A stretch of 63,910 nucleotides of DNA, counting the filler, from Sphacelaria rigidula (taxonomy: Eukaryota): assembly GCA_964200075.2 (NCBI GenBank). It is 10 parts of 10 records of this genome, joined end to end, with 100 filler letters (N's around TTAATTAATTAA, not from the genome) between each part and the next. Parts side by side here need not be neighbours in the genome. Positions count along the whole stretch, not along the records: positions 19,206 to 25,506 come from CAXNAA020020919.1; positions 25,607 to 31,907 come from CAXNAA020020920.1; positions 32,008 to 38,308 come from CAXNAA020020921.1; 7 more parts are not named here. One strand, written 5' to 3'. The position numbers were made by a program, and so were the translations under genes. The notes below the pieces were generated by a model. That model was given only the letters and a program-made list of their open reading frames with translations, was not told the DNA's origin and ran no database searches. Shown here piece by piece: positions 24,560 to 37,422 of this stretch. The first letter of the stretch is position 1. Each line of letters starts with the position of its first letter.

Positions 24560-25506
24560 GAAGCTTGCTGATGTAAGGCTCCGTTTCCCTCCCAGATGTA
24601 GCTGCGTTGCGCTTTTTTTATGTCGGACATTGAATCAGAACGCCTGCAGCACGTCCACCCCTATCGAATGCTGTCGTCAATTCTAAGGGCCAAGCTTGCG
24701 TTCTGTGAGGTATACAGACTAAATTTCGGGTAGTAGTTTACTGGTTTTTTTTTTTTTTTCCTTAGAGCGTGTTTCAGTCTCGTTCTTCTTGGGTGCGTCT
24801 ATTATGAGACCACGGCTGGACCGGACCCCTGGGGGGTCAGTTAAAGTGCGACAATCAAATCAGAATCAAATGAGAGGTATACAAGAGGTAATTCATTGGC
24901 AGAAGCCCTCCCGAACCATAACCTCGAGTGTTCGGAAGAAGGCTCAATACCCTGCCGAACCAATAGTGAGATGCTCGATAAACATAACGGTATGGTTTAG
25001 TATGCTAACCAGAAATCCTCAACTTCCGGGTATACCCTATCTACACACAGCTAGAGCTCGGGAAGGGTATCAGTTATAACTTGCTATTATCATAATCGTA
25101 ATAATGGTAATGGTTGTATGATTTTTTGGGGGTAATGGGTTTGAACAAACCATTATTTACCGTTACCGGCTACGTATGCTATATACGGCCCTCGAAGATT
25201 GGCTCGAACTTCACGTATTTTGTAGCTTTCAGTGAAGCCTGATCGCGTAAAAACGTACCTCCGGCACGGCGTATCCGGTGGGGCCCCGTCCCCTCTGACG
25301 GAGGAGGGCTTTTTGGCTCGCGGCTTCGCCGCTCGGTGACCAAACCATCATATACGATTTAACTGATTAATGGTTCGACAAACCATTTCCGAGCTCCATC
25401 AGCGTTTTTTTTTTTTTTTTGACGTCTTAGTCTGCTATGTCGTTCTGTTCCATCCCCCCCCTTTTTTTTTTTCCTGCTCGGGTTTCCGTTTCGTTTTTCT
25501 TTGGGT

Positions 25507-25606
25507 NNNNNNNNNNNNNNNNNNNNNNNNNNNNNNNNNNNNNNNNNNNNTTAATTAATTAANNNNNNNNNNNNNNNNNNNNNNNNNNNNNNNNNNNNNN
25601 NNNNNN
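25507..25606. other. Artificial contig linker
   Basis: N44-TTAATTAATTAA-N44. Confidence 0.98.
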
Positions 25607-25672
25607 GTCAATGGTCAAACGACTAAGGCAAGCAACAAATGAGTACGCCCCCCCCCTATCGTAGGATGACTC
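25607..25672. mobile_element. Right end of a GAG-TIR (Sola-like) element
   Basis: Ends CCCCCTATCGTAGGATGACTC, the same TIR as 59814-60065. Confidence 0.7.
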
Positions 25673-26313
25673 ATGCTCCGATTTTGACTACATAGTGGTA
25701 GAGCATGGAAATAGTGAAGAAATGGAAGTACATGGGACGTGGGAACCACAGATCACAGCCTAATACGGACAGAAAGCAAACAGACGAGAGATAAAAGAAA
25801 TCGGCGGGGCGGGAAGCTGTACAAATGAAGAATCGATAAACTAAATATGGAAGAGACACGGCAAGAGTTCCAAGAGGAAATGGCCCAAAATGCAGTAAAA
25901 TGCTCCGAGCTGTTGGAACGCGTAGGTACCGTTGATACCGAAATGGAAAGAAATCGGGCAGGGGCGAAGATTGTAGAAGGATGGCAGCAGCTGGTCAACA
26001 ACACAGCGAGTGAAGTCATAAGGAAGAAACTGATCGTATGCAACAGAGCAGGAAATGGCGGGATAAGGAAGTGAAAGAGGCTATCAGAGCAAGGAGAGAG
26101 GCCCACACGAGGTGAATGTCGAGCAAAAGTACGGTTGGATGGGAGGAGTATACTAAAGCTCGGAAGGAAGAAAAAAAGATGGTACAGCAGAAAAAGAAGG
26201 AAGTTTGGGAAGGTGTGGTGGAAAACACGAATGAAGGTTTCGACAGGGGGATGAAAATGTGGGCAAGGATAAAAGGGATAACTAGAAACCAGGCAGGAAA
26301 GATGAACAAGGGG
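25673..26313 (+). pseudogene. Degenerate non-LTR retrotransposon (LINE) ORF2 fragment, endonuclease-RT linker region
   Basis: DYIVV...RIDKL..EETRQEFQEEM...W..LV..TASEVI...DKEVKEAIRARREAH...WEEYTKARKEEKKMVQQKKKEVW...MWARIK is typical of the LINE EN-RT linker. Contains frameshifts and stops. Confidence 0.7.
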
Positions 26314-29300
26314 TGTAGACGTCTGTCACTCAAGATCAGATTGCCATGTGGACTCCTTCCATCACGGGCACATGGACTTCAGCAGCTTTAGTTACTCATA
26401 TATTAACCCTCAGCAGAGTACAGGAGAACAGGACCATAGCCTCTCTCCACCAGAGTAGCAAAACTGGCTATACTCGTCATAGAGGTCACCATCACAGAGT
26501 CCGGTAGTCAGACCCGCAACTCTAACCACAATGTCCCTAACCTTAGGTAACAATGGTGGGTAGAGTCTACAGCACCCCCAAAGCTCTCTGCTACCAACAA
26601 GTAGTTAGATCAGAGCTTGACAAACTCAGACATCATTGGTGCCTGACAGTACCGTCGTTTTCCGCAAAGAATAGCAATCTCTTCCGCTGCTTTCGACAAC
26701 AGCTCCATACAAGCTTGCCCTATTTCCGAACAACTCGCAAGAGATCCCCAGAAAATATCGTCCATCATGAACATGCAATCACGCTACTTGCACCACTTCG
26801 AGTTAGTTACAAAGCGATAGGTAGCGCCAAACTCTCAAATCTTCGCCCAAAACAAGTCTCTTGACTATTCATCGGCACGAAACCGGAAATGTCAGCAAAC
26901 GTCAATTTCCAGAGCATTTGTGACTCATCGTCCCCCTCATCCGAAACAAGTACTTCTCAACATACAAAATGCACTCCTTGTACGTTCAACACCTGCGCAA
27001 CGAAGTGCAACAGCCAAATGATACATCATCCTCACGCTAGAAGGAAATATGCACCCAACAAGTCTAAAACGCACCTGGTCTCTTGCTTCTGCAACACCGT
27101 AAAAAACGTGTGCATCGCATGCCTCCCTGCCGTCAAAGCTTCAATGCTTCAACTTGCCATCATTTCATTCAGACAATCAAACGACTCAAACTGCTATTCA
27201 AGTCATGAATACTGATCCAACGGCGGGGAACGGACCTCGACCTCCGCCATCATTGATCAACCCTCGTGATCTCGTTCTTGAACTTTTGTTTTCGAGCAAA
27301 TCCCGGACATTTCTATATCTCGTTTGGATCTTGGACCGTCATATCCCATCCGTGCATCAGCCAAAATGTAGAAATAATACTTTCCTCGACACTCTTGCAG
27401 TCCACCTGCACCAGTTCTTCGAACAAATGAACGCATCATCCACATGCTCCTTCTGACATGAACGAAAAACCAACCACGTGCTCGTTCAAACACGTGACAA
27501 TCCATACAAAAACGTGCCACGGTCAAATATCCTTGATGCATGCGCGCATTATGCCTTTTTCTTCAACCATCGGAAGCACTCACGTCATACCTGCACACAT
27601 ACGATGAGCCTACGCGTTTCGTATCTTTGAGCTCATCTTCACGCTAACAGCAGGTGTCACTGTCTCGTACAGTCAGTACGAGCCTACGTATTTCGTAGTT
27701 TATTGCTCATTTTCACGCTAACAGCAGCAATCCATATATCCTGCAGTCAGTACGTGCGAATCGCACAAATATGATTCGACTGTGTTCCTACGCGAGTAAG
27801 ATTATACGAGGTTCACTTCATTTAGCATACAGCAGTATATTGAAAATTGCCCCACCCTAGGTCGTCACCAGATACCATTCATATCAGTACCATTCGAGCA
27901 AGAATTCGCACATGCCTGCCAAATTTTCACTCAGCATATGAAAATCCGCACATGCCAATATTTCACTCAGCACATACAATGCCACCTTCCTCGCAGCAAA
28001 CACGATGCATCGTCCGTGCCAACCACATCAGCACAACACACACATGCCAAATACCCATGTGTACGCCAGAGTTTTACCCTGCACACGCGATACGATCATA
28101 CTCGCTCAACAACCATGTTTCATGCGCAAACATGACCACAAACCACACAATAACAAGCTGCAACCATTCTCAAAACGATTCGCGAATACATTCATAATGT
28201 GTTTCCTCATTCGCAACAAGCACTCAATCACCACAGCACTTGCTCCTCAACATCAGCACCCAACTCGGGGCTCACCACAGCAGCAAATGCCTCAGGTAAT
28301 ATGCCTTCTTTGTAGTCCTCCAGCCCGCTCCTGAGAAACAGCAGCACTCGAAACATAACCTCGTGCACAGCGTAGAGCAGCCTTCCCTCTCGGACACTCC
28401 CTCCTTGTACCTTCAGTCTAGCTACACCTGACACCCCCATGGTGTAGCTCAACACGCCTCTAAAAGGTATATTCGCACCGCCAAACCAATGCGACAGATC
28501 CTCCGCTCCAACAGATGCTTGCGCATTCACGAACGCTCGTTCTTCAGTCCCTTTTTTAGAGGAAACAAGAGGCAAAACGGGAACATCCATACAGTCCCGC
28601 ACAGCAACACCTCCCGATGGCATCACGCCATCCTCCTCCAGCACCTGACCGTACAGCGGCAAAGACACCGCAGCCAACGCCGCCAAATACGCCAAACCTG
28701 TCCATGCATACAGCAGTGCACACGACTACCCCAACACCACGCGACGCTCGTCGTCGCCGTCAGAACAGTGATCGCTAACAGCATCACGACCTTGCAGCTC
28801 GCTCTGCGTACCCGCTTCACGCGGGTCACACGCCCCTATTGTTTCGATCATACAATGCGTGTCCACAGCTACGCGCTGGTCCGGCGGCAATTCCGCCAGC
28901 CCGGCAGCCACCTGTCCTTCAAGCAGACACCCCTGTGAATCATCTGAACGATCTCCCGCCATGTCACTGGTGCAGATAGATTCACCATGAGCACGCTCCT
29001 TGCTCACCCTGCTCGCTCGCCACAGGCGAATAAGACCCCCCTGCAGCCTCGAGAATGCAAGGAGTATCTCCAGCTACGCGCTGGTCCGGCGGCAATTCCG
29101 CCAACCCGGCATCCACCTGTCCTATAAGCAGACACCCCTGTGAATCATCTAAACGATCTCCCGCCATGTCACTGGCGCAGATAGATTCGCCATGAGCACG
29201 GCAAGCTCCTTGCTCACCCTGCTCGCTCACCATACGCGAATAACACCCCCTGCAGCTTCGAGCATGCAAGGAGTATCTCCAGCTACGCGCTGGTCCAGCG

Positions 29301-30713
29301 GCAACAAGCAACTGGGACCTTCGGCCACCAGTACTTGCTCATTGGCCCATATAGGCCCCGCTCTCTCAACATCGCCAGCAGCAGCAGTATCAGTATCACC
29401 CATACTCGCTACAGCCGCCACCTTCTGTCCGGCTTGCTCCTTGACGGCAATAGCGGCAACGCCTCTAGCACTCTCGTGCCTGCGCACTCGGATAGGCCTA
29501 TGTTGTGTTGCCTTCTTGCCCGTCAAAGTGTCGTGCCTGTCTTCACCGCCGCCGACCTTCACACTATCTTGCACCACACTCGGCGATGCATAAGATGCAT
29601 GCTTGCGCAGCGCAAAGAGCAATTTCTCTTGCCCAACATCATTCGCACCATCCAAAAATGTGTCACATAGACAGTTCTCGATATTTGCGGGCATGAGATC
29701 AGAGACCGCTGGCTCCTCAACAACGTGCCAGCGTGCTTGACGCTCGTTCGTTGCGCGCACCTCACGAAGGTAGTCCTCATACTTCCGCAGAAACTGAGCA
29801 GATTTTTCACTTGAGAACTTGCGACCGTAGTATGGCATATCCAGAAATCGTACACGGACAGCGCAACCATCGATGACAACACATTGTTGCGGCGCACGAA
29901 CAACATGGCCGTCCACCGCGACATACTCGTGCACCTCGTACATTTCGGTCAGCAGTACAGCACTCCACACGCCTTTTTATAAAGCGAAGTCGCCTCCCAC
30001 TCACAGGAAAAACAACTCTCTCCTTACACCGAGACGCGCTGTATCACCTTACAACGACGACCACACACGCCTCTTCCTCACGCGGTTCTCACCACGTCTT
30101 GGAGTCCTTAGATTCCTCTTCTTGACCGTACCTGGCCAAGCGTGGAACAAGCAACTCTCGCTGGCCCCACCAGGCAGTAATATCGCCGCTTTTCTGGAAC
30201 GTGCACGGGCTCGTCAGCTGTCGGTTAACCCCCCGCACCTCTTGCACGAGCGATACCACAGCCCACCCTAGCACTGCCTCAGAACCTCCTCGGCTCTACT
30301 TCTTCAACTCCTCGCGACGTTACCACGCCTTGAGCTGGTCTTGTTTGCTGCAGACTGATCAGGCCTGCAGACTTCGCTATCTTGAAATGTCAGCTGCTTT
30401 TCAGCGAAACTACCGCTTGAGCGGACTCAATGAACGTTTATTGTAGACTTCTGTCACTCAAGATCAGATTGCCATGTGGACTCCTCCCNNNNNNNNNNCT
30501 CCCATCACGGGCACATGGACTTCAGCAGCTTTAGTTATTCATATATTCACCCTCAGCATAGTACAGGAAAACAGGACCATAGCCTCTCTCCACCAGAGTA
30601 GCAAAACCGGCTCTACTCGTCATGGAGGTCACCATCACAGAGTCCGGCAATCAGACCCGCAACTCCACCTACAATATCCCTGACCTTAGGTAACAATGGT
30701 AGCTAGGTCTACA
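26314..30713 (-). mobile_element. Degenerate Ty3/Gypsy-like LTR retrotransposon with both LTRs (26314-26571, 30442-30713)
   Basis: ~260-bp direct repeats, each bounded by TGTAGAC...GTCTACA. Minus-strand gag-like ORF (FLRKYEDYLREVRATN, 29227-29970) and RT-like remnants (CVLDLLGAYF ~27060; MDDIF..DLLRVV ~26760). No RNase H or integrase recognised, no TSD. Confidence 0.8.
28866..29297. repeat. ~205-bp tandem repeat (2.1 copies) inside the LTR element
   Basis: CAGCTACGCGCTGGTCC recurs at 28866, 29071 and 29280 with colinear unit sequence. Confidence 0.85.
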
Positions 30714-31282
30714 AAACCCAACCCTGGGGAAAACCCTATCAAAAGGCTACGAGGGGTGCAGGTTTGGATTTTTACTGTCACGGTTTTTTCACAAAGACTG
30801 TGGAGGACCCTGTACGGACCCTGCACAGTGCGCCCCACAGGGTGCTATCTGTCCACGGGTGCATACTCGTGCACGCTCCGACAATCCATTCAAAGATGAC
30901 CGTCTGCATGCGCGTGCTCCGACAATCAATTCGAAGATGACCGTCTACCTGTCTGCGCGCTGTGGCGGTCCCGGGGGCAGGGCTACCACTCTTCTGGTCT
31001 TGAGAGTCCATGGGTTCCACACATTCCTTTGCCGAGATTTACACTGGAAATAATCTGATGAATATCGTTGGCTTGTAATGAACGATTCGTGTGTTTATCG
31101 TGGAGACTGTGCAAGTTGCTAACATACAAGTCGGACATCGAATGGATGAACGAGAAAGTTGTATGAACCATATATATATATATATATATATATATATGCT
31201 TGCACCATACAGCGAACAAGCAGGGTTTGATTGCATGCAAGAAAATGGGCGAGGATGAAGGCTCAAGATGTCAAGACTATGC

Positions 31283-31485
31283 TTGTTCGAACAGGTTGAC
31301 AAAGGAGCCAGGATTCCCCATGTGTTTTCCAACAGGTTGACAGGGGGCCAGGAGTTTCCCATGCGTGTTCGAACAGGTTGACAGGGAAGCCAGGATTTCC
31401 CATGCGTTTTCGAACAGGTTGACAGGGATCCAGGATTTCCCATGCGTGTTCGAACAGGTTGACATGGAGCCAGAATTCCCTTGGG
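31283..31485. repeat. 41-bp minisatellite, 5 copies
   Basis: ACAGGTTGAC at 31291, 31332, 31373, 31414 and 31454. Unit ~GTTCGAACAGGTTGACAGGGAGCCAGGATTTCCCATGCGT. Confidence 0.92.
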
Positions 31486-31907
31486 AGTCCATGAATTTAT
31501 ACCTGGCTGTCCCCGACACGTGATACTCTGGCCGAATGCACATGTGTGAACCTGTTTTGTTCGGCTATGTTGCTATTCCCATCGTTCTCCTTCCCCTATA
31601 TTGTTTTGTTCGCTATCGTCATACTGGAGAAGCGCTGCTGCTATCCATGTTACTGGTTCCATCGTTTCTCACGCCGTTGATGACTGAGAATGTTTCTGCC
31701 AGACACCGCTCTCGTGACTCTTGAATCATGGAGATTGTAATACACTGCAATGAACCATCCATAACCCTTTCAATCGGTGTTTTTACATCTATGTGGCACG
31801 TGCGTGCAGGTTTAACGTGTCGATTATCACATAACAGAGGATTCTATAAAATGAGGTTCATCAATGAAATGAGGTTCGAGCTCAAAACAGTACTTTCTCA
31901 ACGCTTT

Positions 31908-32007
31908 NNNNNNNNNNNNNNNNNNNNNNNNNNNNNNNNNNNNNNNNNNNNTTAATTAATTAANNNNNNNNNNNNNNNNNNNNNNNNNNNNNNNNNNNNN
32001 NNNNNNN
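31908..32007. other. Artificial contig linker
   Basis: N44-TTAATTAATTAA-N44. Confidence 0.98.
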
Positions 32008-32890
32008 GGTGGACCAGATCTTTTTTCATTCATTTTTTCACTGGTTGAGGGCGTGTTAGTATGGTGAAGACCATTTCTTCACGAGAACGCCCTAACCTCT
32101 ATGAAAAAAAATAAAAAATGAAGGCCCATATATTTTTTTTGGAAGTCGGCACTCTTTTGCGGTTCTCCACACCAATTTTCGTCGCCATCGGGTAAATACA
32201 TAGATCGAGAATTTCATAGAGATTTTAGTATTGGCGCTATCTCCCTTAGGTATGGGAATTACTAGGCATGGGGTTTGATCAACGAAAAAATATGGGCCCA
32301 AACTTTCAAGTAGATGGGCACCTTTCCCTTGATTAGACGAATACGATATGCGGATCACGGCCCAAGTCGTTTCCGATGATGAGATATTGCTCTGCCAGGT
32401 AAAATCCGTTTCTGGGCTGGCCCAGCGTGTAGATATAATATCCTGGCATGGACGGGTTGAGTGCTTCAGTATCCTCCTGTCCACGCGGCACTAAGCTGTT
32501 GATTTAATTCACTGCAAAACCTTAACAACCTTTTTTGCTTGCTGCGGGCTCATCAGAGTGGCACGGGGTGACACCGACTGTAGCCAAAGCATCGATCACG
32601 CCACAGTATAGAGGTGTCTGACTCGCGCACGCGTGCTTGAATCTGTGCATGGCAAGCATGGCCATTTCAATATATCTTACATATGCACACCAGCCCAGTG
32701 TGCGTCGTAGAAGAGCATGAAAGATCCAGCAGTACACCAGAGAGTAGTGTCCGCAAGCGTACCGCAGTGAGGAAGCATGAACCATACCTGCATGACGAGA
32801 ATCCCTTGAAGTTCGTCATTGTTGAGCGGCTCGGAACCGTAATGGTCAACGCATGTACACCCTTTGGTTTGTATGCCGTCGATTGAGCAG

Positions 32891-33953
32891 TTGCGAGCGG
32901 AGATATCACGAAGGCGTCGGATGTGACGGAAGCGGTTGCTGCAGAACTGGAATGCATGCGAAAAGACGCTGCTTCTATCAACAGCTACTGCCAGGAATGC
33001 GACAACAAGAGTGAGCCAATTTCTGGAGATATTTTTTTCAAGTGTTCCTTCACTTGATTATACTATAATATTATGTTCAGTTCTCCCACAGTAGTTTTAT
33101 CTCCTTCGAAACGAGGTGTAGTCACAACCTGCAAAGGCGTTTTGCGTTCTACCGAGTCTTCGAGTTGAGGCACATCTCGTCACGAGTTCGATTTTTCACA
33201 CCCTGGATAATGGCAGAAGATTACCTTGTCCAAAAACGTGTACTGCGTACATTGTCGACTATTGTGTCTATTGCAATGGGCAATATATTCCATACTGTAC
33301 TCAGTACACTTCTCGACAATGTAATATATTGTCATTCTCCAGCGTGTGTGATTAAAAAAAAAAAACAGATGTGGAGGATAGGATGTTGGTGCATGCAGAT
33401 GTACGCACCTAGGCGGCCAAAAGGTTGACGAGAATAGACGGGCCGGCAGACGAACGGAGCCAACCAGAAGAGCAGATGTAGCACACCTGCCTGTGTTTAA
33501 CTTCAGGCATCCCGTTTATCGAGTTCAGCATGAGCTGTCGACCACACATATCGGAGTTTTCCGCTGGGTTCTGCCCCTCTTTGCTTGTTGTTTCGGCGAG
33601 ATCAAACAACGTTTCGACGTTGTCGAGGTTTTTCGGATTTTTTAAGTGGATTGGAGATCCTAGTCACGTCCGTAGAGTAACCTTGATATCCGGTAGGAGA
33701 ACTGCCCAGGGAAGGGAACCAAGCGAAGCAGTAGATAGAACAAATCTCCGTCCTTGTTATTTTGACACCCTCGGCCCCCTTTGCAACCCTCCCCCCCCCG
33801 CCTCCCGCGTGCCGTGCTCTCATGTGATAGTTGCGGGAAGAGGGGGGGGAACAGAACTGGCGGACACGCTAGCAGCGGTGGACAGCTGCCATGAGGAGTG
33901 CGTCATGTTGGAGGAAATCGTGGGGCAGTTAGAAGGGCACATGGCATCCTTAG
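32891..33953 (+). CDS. Two candidate exons (32891-33010, 33831-33953) of a coiled-coil protein, weakly Sec3/Vps52-like
   Basis: AG/GT-bounded and phase-1 compatible: ASDVTEAVAAELECMRKDAASINSYCQECDNK + TELADTLAAVDSCHEECVMLEEIVGQLEGHMASL. Heptad pattern resembles the Sec3/Vps52 N-terminal coiled coil by eye only. Confidence 0.4.
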
Positions 33954-34904
33954 GTGCGGAGAAGATTCAGTCAGACATGTCACAGAAAAATACACGTGAT
34001 CCCTTCTTTCCTGCACAATTTGGTCGTGCTTTTGCTTTTTTTTCGTTTGTCCACATGGATATTAACTTGGTTCGATGCAAAGTCTCTCTTTTCAGGTCGC
34101 TGAATCCGTGTTTCGGATGCTGTTGCTACTTTATAACCGATGAAGATGTGCGTGGAGGGAATACAGTTCGTCAATTAGGTCAAACGAGCATGTGATGAGG
34201 TTTCGATGTGCATGCACAGCACTCTAGCCCGCCGGCAGGTGGGGCGTTTCTTGCACGGACTGCGCCATCGCGGCTCTTGTCTGCGAGTTGTTGGCGTTAA
34301 CATCGATTGTGTCGACCTTCCACGATATCAAATATCGCTCGATGTTGGCGATGATGTCAACGCCAAAATGTGTCAAATGCGAATGCGTAGCACCCGAGCC
34401 CCGGGCAAGGAGACAGTATTGCGGGGAATACAGCTTAGCGGGTTTGTTGTCACTCGACCGTGACGGTAGTTCCTCACCCTAGTTCGATGTACGGTATAGA
34501 TGACGTGTACACTTGAGCACGACAATGTGCCGTATACTCTCGATCAGCGTAGATAATAGTACTTTGCAAGTGCAATTTGCGTTGCCTCATGTACGCTTGA
34601 CTTTCGTGTACGAATGCTTCTGCATACAGATCCTCACATCTTCTCGCGGTAGTCAAAGGACCAACGAATGATTAAAGATTAACCTGTAAGGCATGCACCG
34701 TGAAGTGCATCTCACTGTGCTCACATCCCTACCCCCGGCGATGTACTCCTTTCGTGCAGCGGAGGCACGTTAGCATCAAGGCTTGTTTTTTCAGCGTGTT
34801 TCCCTCCTCGTCTCCCCGTTCACGAGTTGGTGCAAATAGGTGATGCGAAGGTCTTCCCGAGCCGCCTTTCACAAGGAAGGCGAGACCTTGATAAAACGAT
34901 AGGA

Positions 34905-35063
34905 GAACCCTAGCTCGACGTTATGGTAACCTGTGACGACCATGCAGCCGAAGGTTGTATTTGTCAGAAACTGAGAGGCGATATATTGAGAAAGTGATAG
35001 CCGAACCCTAGCTCGATGTTATGGTAACCTGTGACAACCACGCAGCCGAAGGTTGTATTTGTG
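34905..35063. repeat. ~60-bp direct duplication (period 98)
   Basis: GAACCCTAGCTCGA.GTTATGGTAACCTGTGAC.ACCA.GCAGCCGAAGGTTGTATTTGT at 34905 and 35003. Confidence 0.85.
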
Positions 35064-35232
35064 GGAAACTGTTGTTCGTCATGTCGAGGACGCGCATTCG
35101 ATAGATCAATCACAACGAATTTGCCGCTATATATTGTCGAGTACGCCAGCTCCCCCCAACATGGATTTTGTCTGCTGGATGATGGATTTGGTCTGCTTCA
35201 TCGATAAAGTCATACTTTCTCGTCCTGATCTT

Positions 35233-35291
35233 GCTGCCGCTGCCGCTGCCGCTGCCGCTGCCGCTGCTGCTACTGCTGCTGCCGCTGCTGC
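35233..35291 (+). repeat. (GCTGCC)/(GCT)n microsatellite
   Basis: Direct repeat run. Confidence 0.85.
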
Positions 35292-36518
35292 ACATTTTTT
35301 CTCCACCAGAGGAGCGGTGGGGAAGACTGAAGCGGTGAAAGCAATCATTTTGGTCCGAGTGAATCAAAGTGATGGTATTGCCACGGGTGCACATGTGTGC
35401 AGTGAAGATGGATGGATACGGATGGACGGTTCATGCCATCACCACCTGCGGTGTTGACTTTTGCTTTGAGGCCTCCTCAAGTATCGCCAAGAGAAGAATC
35501 ATATGTATATACTGATGGCTTTTGTGTTTCCGTCATCTGGCATGGGTTTACGTCCGGCAGCAAAATGGAAGACCGAGAGATGAACACATCGTTTTTTTTC
35601 TCTGGGAGTAGAGTTTCTGATTTGTGGCGTTGATAGCTTCTTCACAAGGAAAATTTGCATGGATATGCCCGTCGTTGTGTTCACTTTCGCGTGAGCACCA
35701 TGGTGCGCCGTCGATTGATTGATTTATGTCCACCTCCGCGAAGGAAACAAATGACGAAAATAAGGCAAACCCCCGCGAGAATATCAAGCATAGTGCTCCT
35801 CTTCCACATGCTCCTAATGAGGCATGGGTTTTTCGGGTCACAATGCTGTACTACGAGCAAAACGTGGCATTTTCCAGTAACGGAGAAAGCGGAATGTCTG
35901 ACAAGGACGTTTTCTGGGTGATGATGGTGGGGACTACTTCCCGCGAGTGCGCGATGAATTGCTGAAGAAAATCAAGTGCCGAGAAATATTGGCGTGTTCC
36001 CAAAAGCGGTGTGCTCGTACAGAAAGTGCGCCGTCAACTGTAGCGTTATGGTGGTGTCGAAAGTGTGCGGGGAAACTAGCTGCTCAAGCGTTTGAAACTG
36101 GGATATGTTTTCTGCAGTGAGGGCGTATTCTGCAGGTGGGGGAGGGGGCGGAGGGTCGTGAGAAGTGGCGAGGATGGCATGACATTGGATATCTGGAGAC
36201 TCCCAGCGTGCGTTTTATGTGTCTAAATTGAGGTGCTTGCTGTGTGTTCGGTTCTTTGTAGGCCATGTTTGTCGGCTTTCATGTTGGTCAGCTATCTGTG
36301 TTCGTAGAATTTCATCGTCAAGGGCAAGCCTGCGGTAACTGACCTACCGTCACTCTAGCGCAGCCCTCGTTCAATAAACTTTGGTCTCTGGCACATGGAC
36401 AGTATCCTTCGGTCAAGCCACTCAACGTTTTCAGCACCGTATGAGGAAATACCATCGGGATGCATGGACCTTGACGTGACGTTACCTTATTTTCAGTTAC
36501 CTATACAACGACTGTAAA

Positions 36519-36814
36519 GAGTGTTTTCGTGAGATTGAGAGTAGAGGATACGATTGAGAGGGAAAAGCGGTCAATCAGTGAATGAATCGTTTCAGTTCCG
36601 TAAAGCTTCTCCACAAGGCCCATTACTCTTTCTGTAGTAGCTTGCCACTGAGGCGCTTGATGTCCCTGGGTAGGATATCGACGTGTAGCTGTAAGCACAC
36701 GGCAGTGGTAGGGGGCAAAGAAGAGCACACACGGAATAAGAGATTGGCTAAGTTGATCGAATGATCAAAGCCACTCTCAATCCGCGCTCTACTCTCAATC
36801 TCACGGAAACGTTT
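36519..36814. mobile_element. MITE with ~40-bp TIRs
   Basis: GTTTTCGTGAGATTGAGAGTAGAG..GATTGAGAG / CTCTCAATC..CTCTACTCTCAATCTCACGGAAAC. The same left end occurs at ~18512 in another contig. Confidence 0.8.
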
Positions 36815-37065
36815 GTATGAGTCTGGGCCGCAGACAGGCGAACAACTATGAAGCCGTAGCGAAACACAGACGGTGAATAAAAGCACCATCTTTTCGTCGC
36901 ATATTGCTCACAGAGGACGATGGTAACACAAATCGATACTAGAGTAATAAACCCATCAAACTGTAAACTCAGGTAGACTCCGACTTGGACGAGTGGAGAA
37001 GACAGATGAACTAGTCACTTTGAAGGTGGTGGGGCCGATTTCCAACACGATGGAATGTCACAGTT

Positions 37066-37422
37066 GCCCCTTTGGCTCAGTTGGTAACCTCGAAAGCTTC
37101 TGGCGATTAAGTCATTGGTTCAAGTCTCGGTGCCGTCACACGATCCGGGATTCTTTCTCACACCATACCGAATAGTGGAGAACGACTGCATCGTGGGTAC
37201 ACAAAATTTGACTTCACGATCGACGAGGAAGAGGGACTGCTGAACCCCTCTCGCGATGAAAACTAGGGCAAGCACCGCAAAAAGGTGAAATACTAAACCG
37301 AAATAGGAGAAAGAAAAACTTCTGTAGTAGCCATCCTCTTGTGACCCCTGCCGATGCGCCCACGTATGTATACCGAAAGGTGTGGACTGGCGTCCAGAAT
37401 GGATGGGCTGATAACACACACA
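37066..37422 (+). mobile_element. Full-length tRNA-derived SINE (~355 bp)
   Basis: A-box TGGCTCAGTTGG (37073) and B-box GGTTCAAGTCTC (~37117), body shared with the 41105 copy, and a (CA) tail. 3' fragments occur in several other contigs. Confidence 0.8.

Noticed and set aside
30489..30498. 10-N runs (also 19881-19890 and 20649-20658)
   Set aside because: Scaffolding gaps. The one in the LTR is flanked by duplicated CTCCC, suggesting an unmerged overlap.
31283..31485. Regularly spaced 41-bp repeats resembling a CRISPR array
   Set aside because: Units are contiguous near-identical copies with no unique spacers, there are no cas genes, and the context is eukaryotic. It is a minisatellite.
37066..37140. 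tRNA-like A and B boxes (also at 41105)
   Set aside because: No convincing cloverleaf or acceptor stem, and the sequence continues into a repeated body. It is a SINE head, not a tRNA gene.
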